Positions 20,481-30,888 of a stretch of DNA of 64,000 bases are shown here, piece by piece. Each line of letters opens with the position of its first letter. Position 1 is the first letter of the stretch. A program made the translations under genes and the position numbers. The notes under the pieces were generated by a model. It worked only from the letters and a program-made list of their open reading frames with translations. It made no database searches and was not told the DNA's origin. This stretch comes from Nitrospirota bacterium (GTDB taxonomy: Bacteria > Nitrospirota > JACRHJ01), in contig JAJYJM010000007.1 in assembly GCA_021789495.1 (NCBI GenBank), forward strand, positions 10,230-74,229. The letters run 5' to 3'.

Positions 20481-20801
20481 TCAAACCTTGTCCATGGGGC
20501 TGCCGCACTTCTTGCAGACGCGAACCTTCTTCTCGCCCTCGAAGCTGTGGGAAACCCTGGTGTTTTTGCCGCACTTGGGACAAACGAGCATGACATTTGA
20601 AACATGAAGCGGGGCTTCCTTCTCTATTATCCCGCCCTGCCGGTTGGTCGAGGTCGGGCGGGTATGCCGCTTGACTATGTTCAGCTTCTCCACGAGCAGG
20701 CGGTCTTCCTTGGAGAGCACCCGGTATACCCTCCCCGTCTTGCCTTTTTCCTTGCCGGCGATGACCATCACCGTATCGTTTTTCTTTATATTTACGCCCA
20801 T
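20481..20801 (-). CDS. rplX: Ribosomal protein uL24 with a C-terminal CxxC...CxxC motif
   Basis: KOW N-terminus ([15 protein letters not shown]), and a C-terminal CPKCG...CKKCG. Confidence 0.9.
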   Translation of the reverse strand: MGVNIKKNDTVMVIAGKEKGKTGRVYRVLSKEDRLLVEKLNIVKRHTRPTSTNRQGGIIEKEAPLHVSNVMLVCPKCGKNTRVSHSFEGEKKVRVCKKCGSPMDKV

Positions 20802-20814
20802 CCTGATAGCCCCC

Positions 20815-21183
20815 TTATAGCACTTCCGGCGCCAGTGAAATTATCTTCATAAAGTTCTTCCAACGGAGCTCTCTTGCGACCGGACCGAATATGCGGGTGC
20901 CAATGGGCTCCCTCTGGTTATTTATCAAGACCGCAGCGTTCTTGTCGAACTTTATATACGAACCGTCGTTCCTTCTGACTTCCTTCGACGTCCTCACAAC
21001 GACCGCTTTCGCCACCTTACCCTTTTTGGCGGTGCCTTCGGGAATGGCCTCCTTTATGGAGACGATGATGATGTCCCCGACCGTGGCATAGTGCCTCCGG
21101 GTTCCGCCGATCACTTTTATGCACATTACCTTTTTGGCGCCGGAATTGTCCGCAACATCCAACATAGTCTGGACCTGGACCAT
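20815..21183 (-). CDS. rplN: Ribosomal protein uL14
   Basis: 122-aa L14 match. Confidence 0.95.
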   Translation of the reverse strand: MVQVQTMLDVADNSGAKKVMCIKVIGGTRRHYATVGDIIIVSIKEAIPEGTAKKGKVAKAVVVRTSKEVRRNDGSYIKFDKNAAVLINNQREPIGTRIFGPVARELRWKNFMKIISLAPEVL

Positions 21184-21205
21184 GATTAACCTCTCCCTTC
21201 AGGCC

Positions 21206-21454
21206 TTATCCGGCCTTTTCTATTACCTCTACGACTTCAAATCGTTTATCCTTGGAAAGCGGCCTGGTCTCGGCCACCCTGACGGTATCGCCGATTGCGC
21301 ACTCGTTCTTTTCGTCATGGGCCTTCAAGCGGGCTACGCGGCTTACTATCTTTTTGTAGACCGGGTGCGGCACTCTCCTCGTGACCCTGACGACGACCGT
21401 CTTGTCCATCTTGTCGCTTACGACTTCTCCAACGAATGTCTTATTTTCGGCCAT
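21206..21454 (-). CDS. rpsQ: Ribosomal protein uS17
   Basis: 82-aa S17 match. Confidence 0.95.
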   Translation of the reverse strand: MAENKTFVGEVVSDKMDKTVVVRVTRRVPHPVYKKIVSRVARLKAHDEKNECAIGDTVRVAETRPLSKDKRFEVVEVIEKAG

Positions 21455-21504
21455 CAGCCTTATCCTCCGGGGATAATCCCCACTATCTTAATCCAGTATT
21501 TTAA

Positions 21505-21538
21505 ATCCCTGGATTCCCGCTTTCGCGGGAATGACGTC
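21505..21538. repeat. dRS3-like palindromic element (core ATTCCCGCTTTCGCGGGAAT) in the rpmC-rpsQ spacer
   Basis: CCCTGGATTCCCGCTTTCGCGGGAATGACGTC; the core at 21513..21532 is a perfect 8-bp inverted repeat with a 4-nt loop. Confidence 0.85.
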
Positions 21539-21562
21539 TTTATAAGCTTCGCGCCTCCGGGA

Positions 21563-21757
21563 TCAGCCCCCGATTTCCTTCTCTTTAAGAACGGTCTTTA
21601 TTCGCGCAATGTCCCTTTTTACGTCGCGTATGCGCATCGGGTTTTCTATGTCGCCCATAGCAAGCTGGAAACGCAGGTTGAACCGCTCCTTGTCCAGGTC
21701 GGAAAGCTTCGACTTAAGCTCCTCCGGCGAAAGGTCTTTTATTTCGGATGCCTTCAC
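21563..21757 (-). CDS. rpmC: Ribosomal protein uL29
   Basis: 64-aa L29 match. Confidence 0.95.
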   Translation of the reverse strand: MKASEIKDLSPEELKSKLSDLDKERFNLRFQLAMGDIENPMRIRDVKRDIARIKTVLKEKEIGG

Positions 21758-22173
21758 AGCAGTCCTCCTTCCCTGGACACGAACCGGGTAGCGACCGGAA
21801 GCTTGTGCGCGGCGAGCCTGAGCGCCTCTCTCGCCACTTCTTCCGGCACGCCCGCCATTTCGTATATTATACGGCCAGGCTTCACGACGGATACCCAGTA
21901 TTCCGGAGCGCCTTTCCCCTTGCCCATCCTCGTCTCGGCGGGCTTTTTGGTTATGGGCTTGTCCGGGAATATCCGGATCCAGATCTTACCGCCCCTCTTT
22001 ACGTGGCGGGTCATGGCGATACGGGCGGCCTCTATCTGGGCGCTCGTCACCCAGCCAGGCTCGAGGGCCTTCAGGCCGAACTCGCCGAAGCTTATATCCC
22101 CGCCTCGCCAGGCCTTCCCGTTCATGGTGCCTTTCTGCTTCTTCCTGTATTTGACTTTCTTCGGCGCTAACAT
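21754..22173 (-). CDS. rplP: Ribosomal protein uL16
   Basis: 139-aa L16 match. Confidence 0.95.
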   Translation of the reverse strand: MLAPKKVKYRKKQKGTMNGKAWRGGDISFGEFGLKALEPGWVTSAQIEAARIAMTRHVKRGGKIWIRIFPDKPITKKPAETRMGKGKGAPEYWVSVVKPGRIIYEMAGVPEEVAREALRLAAHKLPVATRFVSREGGLL

Positions 22174-22255
22174 TTACAACTCCCGATTATGTCCGGTGAA
22201 AATCTCGTGTGTCAGCCATCTGCGAATTATGTTACACCCGGTGCCCACCGACCGG

Positions 22256-22897
22256 TTATACCGCCGCCGCTTCGCCCAGGATGTCGCCCTTGTATATCCA
22301 GACCTTGACGCCTATCTGTCCGTATGTCGTCTTGGCCTCGGCAAAACCGTAGTCTATGTCCGCCCTTATGGTATGAAGCGGCACTCTGCCCTCCCTGTAC
22401 CACTCGGAGCGGGCTATTTCGGCGCCCGCCAGTCGCCCGGCACATGCTATTTTTATCCCCTGCGCTCCGAACCGAAGCGAAGAGGTTACGGACTTTTTCA
22501 TCGCGCGACGGAAGGCGATCCTGCGTTCAAGCTGAAGGGCTATATTCTCCGCCACGAGCTGGGCATCCATCTCCGGCTTTCTTATTTCCATGATATTTAT
22601 ATAGACCTGCTTGCCGGTCTGGTCCTCAAGCTCTTTTTTGAGCTTGTCCACCTCGGCGCCTTTTTTGCCGATAATGATGCCGGGGCGTGCGGTGTGGATA
22701 TTGACTTTTATCCTGCTGCCCGCGCGCTCGACGTCTATCTTGCCGACCCCCGCGTGAAATAGCTTCGCCTTAACGACCTTGCGGAGCCTTAAGTCTTCGT
22801 GCAGGTACTCGCCATATTCCTTTCTGGCAAACCAGCGCGAACTCCAGGTCTTTATGACGCCAAGCCTGTAACCGACTGGATGGACTTTCTGGCCCAA
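22256..22897 (-). CDS. rpsC: Ribosomal protein uS3
   Basis: 213-aa S3 with a KH domain. Confidence 0.95.
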   Translation of the reverse strand: MGQKVHPVGYRLGVIKTWSSRWFARKEYGEYLHEDLRLRKVVKAKLFHAGVGKIDVERAGSRIKVNIHTARPGIIIGKKGAEVDKLKKELEDQTGKQVYINIMEIRKPEMDAQLVAENIALQLERRIAFRRAMKKSVTSSLRFGAQGIKIACAGRLAGAEIARSEWYREGRVPLHTIRADIDYGFAEAKTTYGQIGVKVWIYKGDILGEAAAV

Positions 22898-22926
22898 ACG
22901 CTCACCTCCGATTATTCTCTTTTGCC

Positions 22927-23259
22927 TTATTCATCGCCCAGCACCAGGGTAATATGGCTGGAACGCTTCCGTATGATGTTGGCCCTGCCCATTGCACGGG
23001 GCATAACCCTCTTCAAGACCGGTCCCTGGTCCACGAATGCCGCTTTCACTTTGAGCCTGTCCACGTCCGATACATTTTTCTGTTCCGCATTGGCTATGGC
23101 GGATTTCAGCAGTTTCTCGACTACGCGGGACGCATGCTGGGGCATGAACTTAAGCATATTCATGGCCTCACCGACCTTCCTGCCCCGTATGACGTCAATT
23201 ACAAGCCGCGCCTTTCTTGGCGTGACTCTTATAAACTTTGCCTTTGCAGTGGCTTCCAT
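22927..23259 (-). CDS. rplV: Ribosomal protein uL22
   Basis: 110-aa L22 match. Confidence 0.95.
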   Translation of the reverse strand: MEATAKAKFIRVTPRKARLVIDVIRGRKVGEAMNMLKFMPQHASRVVEKLLKSAIANAEQKNVSDVDRLKVKAAFVDQGPVLKRVMPRAMGRANIIRKRSSHITLVLGDE

Positions 23260-23274
23260 CGGAATCCGACCCCT

Positions 23275-23577
23275 TTAACCTTGTTTTGCCGTCCCCGGCC
23301 CCGTCGTTGTTTTCTTCTCGGTCCCGCCGTGGCCCTTGAACTGCCTCGTGGGCGCAAATTCGCCCAGTTTATGGCCAATCATATTCTCGGTGACATAAAC
23401 CGGGATAAATTTTTTCCCGTTATGCACGGCCAGCGTATGGCCTATGAACTCCGGAACGACCATGCTGCTCCTGGACCAGGTCTTAAAGATTTTCTTTTCC
23501 CCGGCCTCGTTCATCTTTGCTACCTTAGTCAGCAGGCTTTCCTGGACGTAAGGCCCCTTGTTTACCGATCTTGGCAC
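23275..23577 (-). CDS. rpsS: Ribosomal protein uS19
   Basis: 100-aa S19 match. Confidence 0.95.
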   Translation of the reverse strand: MPRSVNKGPYVQESLLTKVAKMNEAGEKKIFKTWSRSSMVVPEFIGHTLAVHNGKKFIPVYVTENMIGHKLGEFAPTRQFKGHGGTEKKTTTGPGTAKQG

Positions 23578-23607
23578 AGCGCTCCTCCTGAAAAATCAGC
23601 CCTTAAA

Positions 23608-24426
23608 CTACTTCCTCTTCTTGACGATAAACTTGTCCGCATTCCTGCTCTTCCTGGTCTTGACGCCTTCCGGCTTGCCCCAGGGCGAGCATGGCGGCCT
23701 TCCGCCGGACGACCGGCCTTCTCCGCCGCCGAGGGGATGGTCTACCGGGTTCATCGCGACGCCCCTGACCTTCGGTCTCTTGCCGAGCCAACGGGAACGT
23801 CCGGCCTTGCCCAGGGAGATGTTCTCGTGGTCGATGTTGCTGACCTGTCCGATGGACGCCTTGCAGTCCATAAGAACCATCCGCACCTCGCCGGACGGGA
23901 GCCGAAGCTGAGCGTATTTGCCTTCCTTGGCCATGAGCTGAGCATACGAACCCGCGCTCTTTACCATCTGTCCGCCGCCGCCGACTCTCATCTCAACGTT
24001 ATGAACCTGAGTCCCAAAAGGGATGTTGCGAAGCGGCAGGCAGTTGCCCGGAAGTATGTCCGCCTCCGGCCCCGACATTACATTGTCGCCTGCCTTAAGC
24101 CCCACAGGCGCAATTATATAGCGCTTTTCACCGTCCGCATAATGCAAAAGCGCAATCCTGGAACTCCTGTTCGGGTCGTACTCTATACTCGCCACCTTTG
24201 CGGGTATCCCGTCCTTATCCCGCTTGAAGTCGATTATCCTGTAGGCCCGCTTGGAGCCGCCGCCGCGCCTGCGGACCGTTATCCTGCCGTAGGAGTTCCT
24301 GCCCGCGCTCTTGGAATAGACCTTTACAAGGCCCTTTTCAGGCTCTTTTTTGGTGATGTCCTCGAAGGTGTCCACGGTCTGGAAACGCCTTGCCGGAGAG
24401 GTCGGTTTATATGATTTTATAGCCAT
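23608..24426 (-). CDS. rplB: Ribosomal protein uL2
   Basis: 272-aa L2 match. Confidence 0.95.
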   Translation of the reverse strand: MAIKSYKPTSPARRFQTVDTFEDITKKEPEKGLVKVYSKSAGRNSYGRITVRRRGGGSKRAYRIIDFKRDKDGIPAKVASIEYDPNRSSRIALLHYADGEKRYIIAPVGLKAGDNVMSGPEADILPGNCLPLRNIPFGTQVHNVEMRVGGGGQMVKSAGSYAQLMAKEGKYAQLRLPSGEVRMVLMDCKASIGQVSNIDHENISLGKAGRSRWLGKRPKVRGVAMNPVDHPLGGGEGRSSGGRPPCSPWGKPEGVKTRKSRNADKFIVKKRK

Positions 24427-24501
24427 TTAACGTATGCCCCCAAAGCCTGTTCCACGCCCAAAACACTATAGCGCCGCCGGCGCCGCTCCCACTTTGCCCG
24501 C

Positions 24502-24795
24502 TTATTTCACGCCTTCGAGGTACTCGACGGTCTGGCCTTCCTTCAGCGTGATAACCGCCTTTTTCCAGTCCGAACGCACGCCCTGGCGCGCTCCCAGACG
24601 CTTTCTTTTACCCTTGAAAACCATGGTGCGCACTTCGTCCACCTTCACCTTGAAGACGGCTTCGACCGCGTTCTTTATCTCTATTTTGTTTGCATCGGGA
24701 GAAACCTGAAGCACTATCTTGTTCTGGCTCTCCTTCAGCTTTGAACCCTTTTCTGTAATCAGGGGTTTCTTTATAATTTCGTAGATGCCTTTCAT
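24502..24795 (-). CDS. rplW: Ribosomal protein uL23
   Basis: Internal ATG gives MKGIYEIIKKPLITEK...; ATGA overlap with the rplD stop. Confidence 0.9.
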   Translation of the reverse strand: MKGIYEIIKKPLITEKGSKLKESQNKIVLQVSPDANKIEIKNAVEAVFKVKVDEVRTMVFKGKRKRLGARQGVRSDWKKAVITLKEGQTVEYLEGVK

Positions 24796-25415
24796 GAAAG
24801 CGCCTCCTGGAGCTTCTCCAACGACTCCCTGTCCGAAAGCAGATTCTTGTATTTCAGGAGGTCGTAGATATTTATATTCTCCACGCGGCATACCTTCACG
24901 CTTGGGATATTCCGCGCCGCAAGATATATGTTTCTGTCCGTGCCGGCAGTTAAAACAAGCGTCGTCCCGGTAAGGCCCAGCGAGGAAAAGAGCGCGGCTG
25001 CGACCTTGGTTTTGGGCTCCCCGACCGCCAGTTTGTCCATGACGAAAAGCTCTCCGTCCGCAACCTTGGCTGACAACACCGCCGCAAGCGCCGCCCTTGA
25101 CGCCTTTTTGGGCATGGCGTAGGAATAATCCCTCGGATGCGGCCCGAATATTATGCCGCCATGCCTCCAAAGCCCCGACCTCGAAGACCCCGCGCGGGCA
25201 CGGCCCGTCCCTTTCTGCCGGTAGGGCTTTACACCACCACCGCTGACGAAATGGCGCGTCTTCGTCTCCGACGTGCCCTGACGGGCATTCGCCCTCTGCA
25301 TCAGGAAAGCTTCATGCACGAGGCCCGGATTAACCTTTACCCCGAAAACATCGTCTGAAAGGTTAATGTTTCCCGTCTTCTGTTTTCTTGAATCTATTAT
25401 ATCTACCGACGGCAT
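24792..25415 (-). CDS. rplD: Ribosomal protein uL4
   Basis: 207-aa L4 match. Confidence 0.95.
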   Translation of the reverse strand: MPSVDIIDSRKQKTGNINLSDDVFGVKVNPGLVHEAFLMQRANARQGTSETKTRHFVSGGGVKPYRQKGTGRARAGSSRSGLWRHGGIIFGPHPRDYSYAMPKKASRAALAAVLSAKVADGELFVMDKLAVGEPKTKVAAALFSSLGLTGTTLVLTAGTDRNIYLAARNIPSVKVCRVENINIYDLLKYKNLLSDRESLEKLQEALS

Positions 25416-25483
25416 CCTTGTATCTCCCTGGAGCTGCTTTTATTTTTTAGCTTCACGAACAGGCCAACGCCAAAAGTCACTGG

Positions 25484-25510
25484 GTTCCAGCCTTCGCGGG
25501 AATGACGGGG
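25484..25510. repeat. Degenerate half-copy of the dRS3-like element in the rplC-rplD spacer
   Basis: ...CCAGCCTTCGCGGGAATGACGGGG carries the GCGGGAATGACGG arm. Confidence 0.5.
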
Positions 25511-25543
25511 TTTATAAATCAGGCCCGCCCCCATTCCGGCCCC

Positions 25544-26161
25544 TTATATTTTGTTAACGATAACTATCCCGCCGGGCGAACCCGGTACTGCGCCTTTGAC
25601 CAGCAGGATATTATCCTGTGCCTTTATATCGACCACTTCCAGGCCGCGGGTGGTAACACTCCCGTTGCCCATATGGCCGGGAAGCCTCTTGTTCTTCCAG
25701 ACCCTGGACGGCCATGCCGATGACCCTATGCCTCCCGGTTCCCTGTGGAACATCGAGCCGTGGGTCGCGCGCCCGCCCTTGAAGTGGTGGCGCACGATGA
25801 CGCCCTGGAAGCCCTTGCCCCTTGACGTACCCATTACGGATACCTTGTCGCCCCTTGCGAATATTTCCACGGTCACTTTTGAACCCGGCTCCATATCGGA
25901 TGTGTCGCCATGAAATTCCCGGAGGTGCCTGTAGGACGCAGTGCCCGCCTTCTTGAAATGACCTGTCATGGGCTTGTTTGCCTTGCTCTCCCTTATCTCA
26001 AGGAAACCTATCTGCACTGCATCGTAGCCGTCCGACGGGACCGTCTTTTTCTGGACTACCGCGCACGGCCCGGCCTCTATTACCGTAACAGGCGTAACGC
26101 GTCCATCGTCCGTGAATATCTGGGTCATCCCCAGCTTCTTTCCTATTATGCCGCTTATCAT
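25544..26161 (-). CDS. rplC: Ribosomal protein uL3
   Basis: 205-aa L3 match. Confidence 0.95.
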   Translation of the reverse strand: MISGIIGKKLGMTQIFTDDGRVTPVTVIEAGPCAVVQKKTVPSDGYDAVQIGFLEIRESKANKPMTGHFKKAGTASYRHLREFHGDTSDMEPGSKVTVEIFARGDKVSVMGTSRGKGFQGVIVRHHFKGGRATHGSMFHREPGGIGSSAWPSRVWKNKRLPGHMGNGSVTTRGLEVVDIKAQDNILLVKGAVPGSPGGIVIVNKI

Positions 26162-26463
26162 AACTTTATCTCCACATCAACGCCGGCGGAAAGATCCAGT
26201 TTCATAAGCGCGTCAACGGTTTGCGGCGTAGGGTCCAGGATGTCGATAAGGCGCTTGTGTGTTCTTATCTCAAACTGCTCGCGTGATTTTTTGTCCACAT
26301 GGGGAGACCTGAGCACGGTGTACCTGTTTATTTTCGTGGGCAACGGCACCGGGCCGGACACCCGCGCGCCGGTTCTCTTCGCCGTATCCACTATCTCGGT
26401 AACCGACTGGTCAAGCAGCCTGTGGTCGTAGGCGTTCAGCCTTATCCTTATTTTCTGTGCCAC
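26158..26463 (-). CDS. rpsJ: Ribosomal protein uS10
   Basis: 101-aa S10 match. Confidence 0.95.
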   Translation of the reverse strand: MAQKIRIRLNAYDHRLLDQSVTEIVDTAKRTGARVSGPVPLPTKINRYTVLRSPHVDKKSREQFEIRTHKRLIDILDPTPQTVDALMKLDLSAGVDVEIKL

Positions 26464-26470
26464 GTCAACC

Positions 26471-27670
26471 TCACTCTATTATATCCGCGACGACGCCGGC
26501 GCCGACGGTTCTGCCGCCTTCGCGTATGGCGAAACGGAGTTCCTTCTCGCACGCTATCGGCGTGATAAGATCCACTTCCATCGAAACATTATCGCCCGGC
26601 ATCACCATCTCCACTCCATCGGGAAGCTTCACGACTCCCGTCACGTCCGTCGTCCGGAAGTAGAACTGAGGACGATACCCGTTGAAGAAAGGAGTGTGCC
26701 TGCCGCCCTCTTCCTTCGTCAGGATATACGCCTCCGCCTTGAACTTCGTGTGCGGCGTGATCGACTTGGGCTTCGCGAGAACCATACCGCGCTCAACCTC
26801 TTCCTTCTTCGTGCCGCGAAGAAGAACCCCAATGTTGTCGCCCGCCTGGCCCTGGTCGAGAAGCTTCCGGAACATCTCCACGCCCGTAACGATCGTCTTC
26901 TGCGTGTCCCGTATGCCGACTATCTCGACCTCGTCGCCGACCTTCACAATGCCGCGCTCAACCCTGCCCGTTACGACAGTGCCGCGTCCCGAAATCGTGA
27001 ACACGTCCTCCACAGGCATCAAAAACGGCTTATCTATCGCGCGCTCCGGCGTCGGAATGTAGCTGTCAACCGCGTCCATCAGATCCCAGATGCACTTATA
27101 CTCAGCCGCGGCAGGGTCCGTGGACGCAGACTCAAGAGCCTTCAGCGCGCTCCCCTTCACGATGGGTATGTCGTCGCCCGGAAACTCATACTTGCTTAAG
27201 AGCTCCCTAAGCTCAAGCTCCACAAGCTCGAGTAACTCAGGGTCGTCCACCATGTCAACCTTGTTCATGAACACCACTATATATGGAACGCCGACCTGAC
27301 GCGCAAGAAGTATGTGCTCCCGCGTCTGCGGCATCGGACCGTCCGCAGCAGAAACAACCAGTATCGCGCCGTCCATCTGCGCCGCGCCCGTTATCATGTT
27401 CTTCACGTAGTCCGCATGGCCGGGGCAGTCGACGTGAGCATAGTGACGGTTCCCCGTCTCATACTCCACGTGAGCAGTCGCTATCGTTATGCCGCGCTCA
27501 CGCTCCTCAGGAGCCTTGTCTATCTGGTCGAATGCCGTAAACTTCGCCTGACCCTTCGTCGCAAGCGTCTTCGTTATCGCCGCCGTCAACGTCGTCTTAC
27601 CGTGATCTACATGACCTATCGTCCCAACATTGACATGCGGCTTCTTCCTCTCAAACTTCTCCTTTGCCAT
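26471..27670 (-). CDS. tuf: Elongation factor Tu (copy 1)
   Basis: 399 aa, [27 protein letters not shown]...; ATG start verified. Confidence 0.98.
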   Translation of the reverse strand: MAKEKFERKKPHVNVGTIGHVDHGKTTLTAAITKTLATKGQAKFTAFDQIDKAPEERERGITIATAHVEYETGNRHYAHVDCPGHADYVKNMITGAAQMDGAILVVSAADGPMPQTREHILLARQVGVPYIVVFMNKVDMVDDPELLELVELELRELLSKYEFPGDDIPIVKGSALKALESASTDPAAAEYKCIWDLMDAVDSYIPTPERAIDKPFLMPVEDVFTISGRGTVVTGRVERGIVKVGDEVEIVGIRDTQKTIVTGVEMFRKLLDQGQAGDNIGVLLRGTKKEEVERGMVLAKPKSITPHTKFKAEAYILTKEEGGRHTPFFNGYRPQFYFRTTDVTGVVKLPDGVEMVMPGDNVSMEVDLITPIACEKELRFAIREGGRTVGAGVVADIIE

Positions 27671-27708
27671 GATAAACCCTCCTCAATTGAACGGGATAAT
27701 TTCGCCTT

Positions 27709-29829
27709 TTACTCGCCCTTTACCTTGGCGATTATCTCGTCCGCAAGCCCCTTCGGGACCTCTTCGTAATGCGAAAACTGCATGGTATACGTAGCGCGGC
27801 CCTGGGTCGCGGAGCGAAGGTCGGTTGAGTAGCCGAACATCTGGGAAAGCGGTACGACTGACTTTATTACCTGCGCGTTGCCCCTGGGCTCCATGCCTTG
27901 GATCTTCCCACGCCTTGAGTTTAAATCGCCTATGACATCGCCCATATATTCTTCAGGCACGACGACCTCGACGGACATCACCGGCTCAAGCAGCACCGGC
28001 GAAGCCTTTGCGGCGCCAGCCTTGAAACCCATTGAACCGGCGATTTTGAAAGCCATTTCAGAGGAGTCAACTTCGTGATAGGAACCGTCAATTATGGTAA
28101 CTTTAATATCCACCATCGGATAGCCCGCAAGCACGCCGCCGTCCATGGCTTCCTTGGCGCCCTTTTCTACCGCCGGGATGTACTCCCTGGGAACAACGCC
28201 GCCGACAATCTTGTTTACAAACTCAAAACCCGTGCCGGGCTCGGTAGGCTCAAGATTGAGCCAGACATCTCCGTACTGGCCGCGTCCGCCGCTCTGCCGG
28301 ACGAACTTGCCCTGGGCCTCTACCTTCTTCCGGATGGTCTCGCGGTATGCGACCTGCGGCTTGCCCACGTTAGCATCAACTTTAAACTCACGAAGGAGCC
28401 TGTCTACTATTATTTCCAGATGGAGTTCGCCCATTCCGGAGATTATTGTCTGGCCTGTCTCCTCGTCGGTCTTTACCTTAAAGGACGGGTCTTCCTGCGC
28501 AAGCTTTGAAAGCGAGGTACCAAGCCGCTCCTGATCAACCTTCGTCTTGGGCTCTATGGCGACGGATATAACCGGTTCCGGGAATTCCATCGCCTCAAGG
28601 ATGATAGGATGGCTGGGATCGCAGAGGGTGTCGCCCGTGATGGTGTTTTTAAGCCCGACTGCCGCGGCGATGTCGCCCGCCATCACGACGTCTATGTCTT
28701 CGCGCTTGTTTGCGTGCATCTTGAGGATGCGTCCTACCCGCTCCTTGCTGTCCTTTGTCGCGTTATATATGTAGGAGCCGGCATTCATCGTGCCTGAGTA
28801 TACCCTGAAAAAGGTAAGCTGGCCTACGAACGGGTCCGTCATTATCTTGAACGCCAGGGCGGAGAAAGGCTCGCTGTCGTCCGCCTTGCGCGTAAGTTCC
28901 TCGTCCGTGCCGGGATGCGTCCCGACAACCGGGGGGACATCCAGAGGAGAAGGCAGGTAGTCCACAACTGCGTCGAGGAGTGGCTGGACGCCTTTGTTTT
29001 TAAAGGCCGTCCCACAGAGACACGGAGTTATTTTGAGTTGAATGGTGCCGGCGCGAAGCGCCGCCTTTATCTCTTCCTCGGATATGGTCTCGCCGCCCAG
29101 GTATTTTTCCATCAGGGCGTCGTCAACATCCGAAAGCGCCTCTATCATCTTCTCGTGATACTCCTGCGCCTGGGCCTTCATGTCCTCGGGAATTTCCGTC
29201 TCGTCGAACTTCGCGCCGAGAGTTTCATCCAGGAAAAGGATCGCTTTCATCCTGACCAGGTCAATTACGCCCTTGAAATTCTCCTCCCTGCCTATGGGCA
29301 GCTGGATTGCGACGGGCTTTGCCCCAAGACGGTCCATCATGGTCTGGACGGAGCGGTAGAAATCGGCGCCCGTCCTGTCCATCTTGTTCATAAAGGCAAT
29401 CCTGGGAACCTCGTATTTATCCGCCTGGCGCCATACCGTTTCGGACTGGGGCTCGACTCCGGCGACGGAATCGAAAACCGCCACTGCGCCGTCCAGAACC
29501 CTGAGCGAACGCTCGACCTCGATTGTGAAATCGACGTGGCCCGGCGTGTCTATTATATTGATGCGCTTCCCCTTCCAGAAGCATGTCGTCGCGGCGGATG
29601 TAATGGTGATGCCGCGTTCCTGTTCCTGAACCATCCAGTCCATCACGGCGGTGCCCTCATGCACTTCGCCTATTTTATAGGACACGCCGGTATAGTAGAG
29701 AATGCGCTCGGTCGTCGTGGTCTTGCCGGCGTCGATATGCGCCATTATACCGATGTTCCGGGTATCTTCGAGGGGATACTGCCTTTTCACTTTTGCCGCC
29801 CCAGTTGTCTTTTCAACCGCTTGTGCCAT
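27709..29829 (-). CDS. fusA: Elongation factor G
   Basis: 706-aa EF-G with GTPase motifs. Confidence 0.98.
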   Translation of the reverse strand: MAQAVEKTTGAAKVKRQYPLEDTRNIGIMAHIDAGKTTTTERILYYTGVSYKIGEVHEGTAVMDWMVQEQERGITITSAATTCFWKGKRINIIDTPGHVDFTIEVERSLRVLDGAVAVFDSVAGVEPQSETVWRQADKYEVPRIAFMNKMDRTGADFYRSVQTMMDRLGAKPVAIQLPIGREENFKGVIDLVRMKAILFLDETLGAKFDETEIPEDMKAQAQEYHEKMIEALSDVDDALMEKYLGGETISEEEIKAALRAGTIQLKITPCLCGTAFKNKGVQPLLDAVVDYLPSPLDVPPVVGTHPGTDEELTRKADDSEPFSALAFKIMTDPFVGQLTFFRVYSGTMNAGSYIYNATKDSKERVGRILKMHANKREDIDVVMAGDIAAAVGLKNTITGDTLCDPSHPIILEAMEFPEPVISVAIEPKTKVDQERLGTSLSKLAQEDPSFKVKTDEETGQTIISGMGELHLEIIVDRLLREFKVDANVGKPQVAYRETIRKKVEAQGKFVRQSGGRGQYGDVWLNLEPTEPGTGFEFVNKIVGGVVPREYIPAVEKGAKEAMDGGVLAGYPMVDIKVTIIDGSYHEVDSSEMAFKIAGSMGFKAGAAKASPVLLEPVMSVEVVVPEEYMGDVIGDLNSRRGKIQGMEPRGNAQVIKSVVPLSQMFGYSTDLRSATQGRATYTMQFSHYEEVPKGLADEIIAKVKGE

Positions 29830-29839
29830 CTATTTATTT

Positions 29840-30310
29840 TTACCACCTGTAATGCGCAAAGGCCTTGTTGGCCTCGGCCATCTTGTGGGTATCCTCCTTC
29901 TTTCTTACAGCCGCCCCGGTGTTGTTCGCCGCGTCCAGAAGCTCCGCCGCAAGCCGCTCCCTCATTGTCTTCTCGCCCCTCTTGCGGGCGAAAGTTATAA
30001 GCCACCTTATACCAAGGGCCATCCTCCTGTTCGGGCGGATGTCCACCGGGACCTGGTAAGACGCGCCGCCGACCCTGCGGGACTTCACTTCGACCGCAGG
30101 CTTTACGTTATCGAGCGCGCTCTTGAAAGTCTTTAAGGGGTCGCCCCCGGTCTTGTCTTTTATGATGTCGAATGCGCCGTAGGTTATATGTTCCGCAACG
30201 CTTTTTTTGCCTTCCATCATAAGGCAGCTCATGAACTTGCCGACCAGCTTGTTATTGAATTTCGGGTCCGGGAGGATTTCCCTTTTTGCGACCTCTCTTC
30301 TTCTCGGCAT
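29840..30310 (-). CDS. rpsG: Ribosomal protein uS7
   Basis: [15 protein letters not shown]... Confidence 0.95.
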   Translation of the reverse strand: MPRRREVAKREILPDPKFNNKLVGKFMSCLMMEGKKSVAEHITYGAFDIIKDKTGGDPLKTFKSALDNVKPAVEVKSRRVGGASYQVPVDIRPNRRMALGIRWLITFARKRGEKTMRERLAAELLDAANNTGAAVRKKEDTHKMAEANKAFAHYRW

Positions 30311-30321
30311 CTTTTCCCTCC

Positions 30322-30696
30322 TTAGGCCTTGGGCCGCTTGGCGCCGTACTTGGAACGGCCCTGCTTGCGGTCCGCCACGCCCGTCGTATCCAGGGTCCCG
30401 CGGATGATATGGTACCTGACTCCAGGGAGGTCCTTGACCCTGCCGCCCCTGATAAGAACTATCGAGTGCTCCTGGAGGTTATGTCCCACTCCGGGAATAT
30501 AGGTGGTGACTTCCATCTGGTTTGTAAGCCTCACCCTCGCCACCTTCCGAAGCGCCGAGTTCGGCTTCTTGGGCGTTGTAGTGTAAACCCTTACGCATAC
30601 GCCCCTTTTCTGAGGACAACTTTTCAGGGCAGGGCTTTTGCTCTTCATGGAGACTTTCTCCCTGCTGCTCCTCACTAACTGGTTAATTGTCGGCAC
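30322..30696 (-). CDS. rpsL: Ribosomal protein uS12
   Basis: The ORF track starts at a TTG (30702). The in-frame GTG at 30694-30696 gives the canonical (M)PTINQLVR N-terminus. Confidence 0.9.
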   Translation of the reverse strand: MPTINQLVRSSREKVSMKSKSPALKSCPQKRGVCVRVYTTTPKKPNSALRKVARVRLTNQMEVTTYIPGVGHNLQEHSIVLIRGGRVKDLPGVRYHIIRGTLDTTGVADRKQGRSKYGAKRPKA

Positions 30697-30784
30697 ACCC
30701 AACCTCCAGGAAACGTTCTCTCAAAAATACCCGTGCTTTTTTCGATAGTTAGCAAAATCAAAAACACTGGCGAAAAACTTGCGG

Positions 30785-30814
30785 ATTATATCTTAATCGA
30801 ACTCGCAATGTCAA
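30785..30814 (-). promoter_or_regulatory. Candidate sigma-70 promoter of the str operon (TTGACA-18-TATAAT on the minus strand)
   Basis: The reverse complement reads TTGACATTGCGAGTTCGATTAAGATATAAT, about 90 nt upstream of rpsL. Confidence 0.6.
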
Positions 30815-30828
30815 GCATTAATTATACA

Positions 30829-30868
30829 TGAAAAATAAAAAAGCAGGGGGCCGCCTTCCGGCCCCCGA
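30829..30868 (-). terminator. Intrinsic terminator downstream of rpoC (GGGGGCCG-loop-CGGCCCCC followed by a U-run on the minus strand)
   Basis: 8-bp GC stem; the A-rich tract on plus equals a T-run on the transcript. Confidence 0.75.
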
Positions 30869-30888
30869 TCCATAGTCCCTATCCCGCG

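Noticed and set aside
21119-22762. 547-aa plus-strand ORF (and similar long plus-strand ORFs at 22954-24414, 28915-30000, 35557-36729, 37846-38547, 43054-43839, 49009-49797, 50193-51248, 53757-54839)
   Set aside because: All lie antisense to strongly conserved minus-strand genes (r-proteins, fusA, rpoB, tuf, cysS/cysE, htrA). Long stop-free antisense frames are expected in roughly 60% GC DNA, and none has a recognisable domain.
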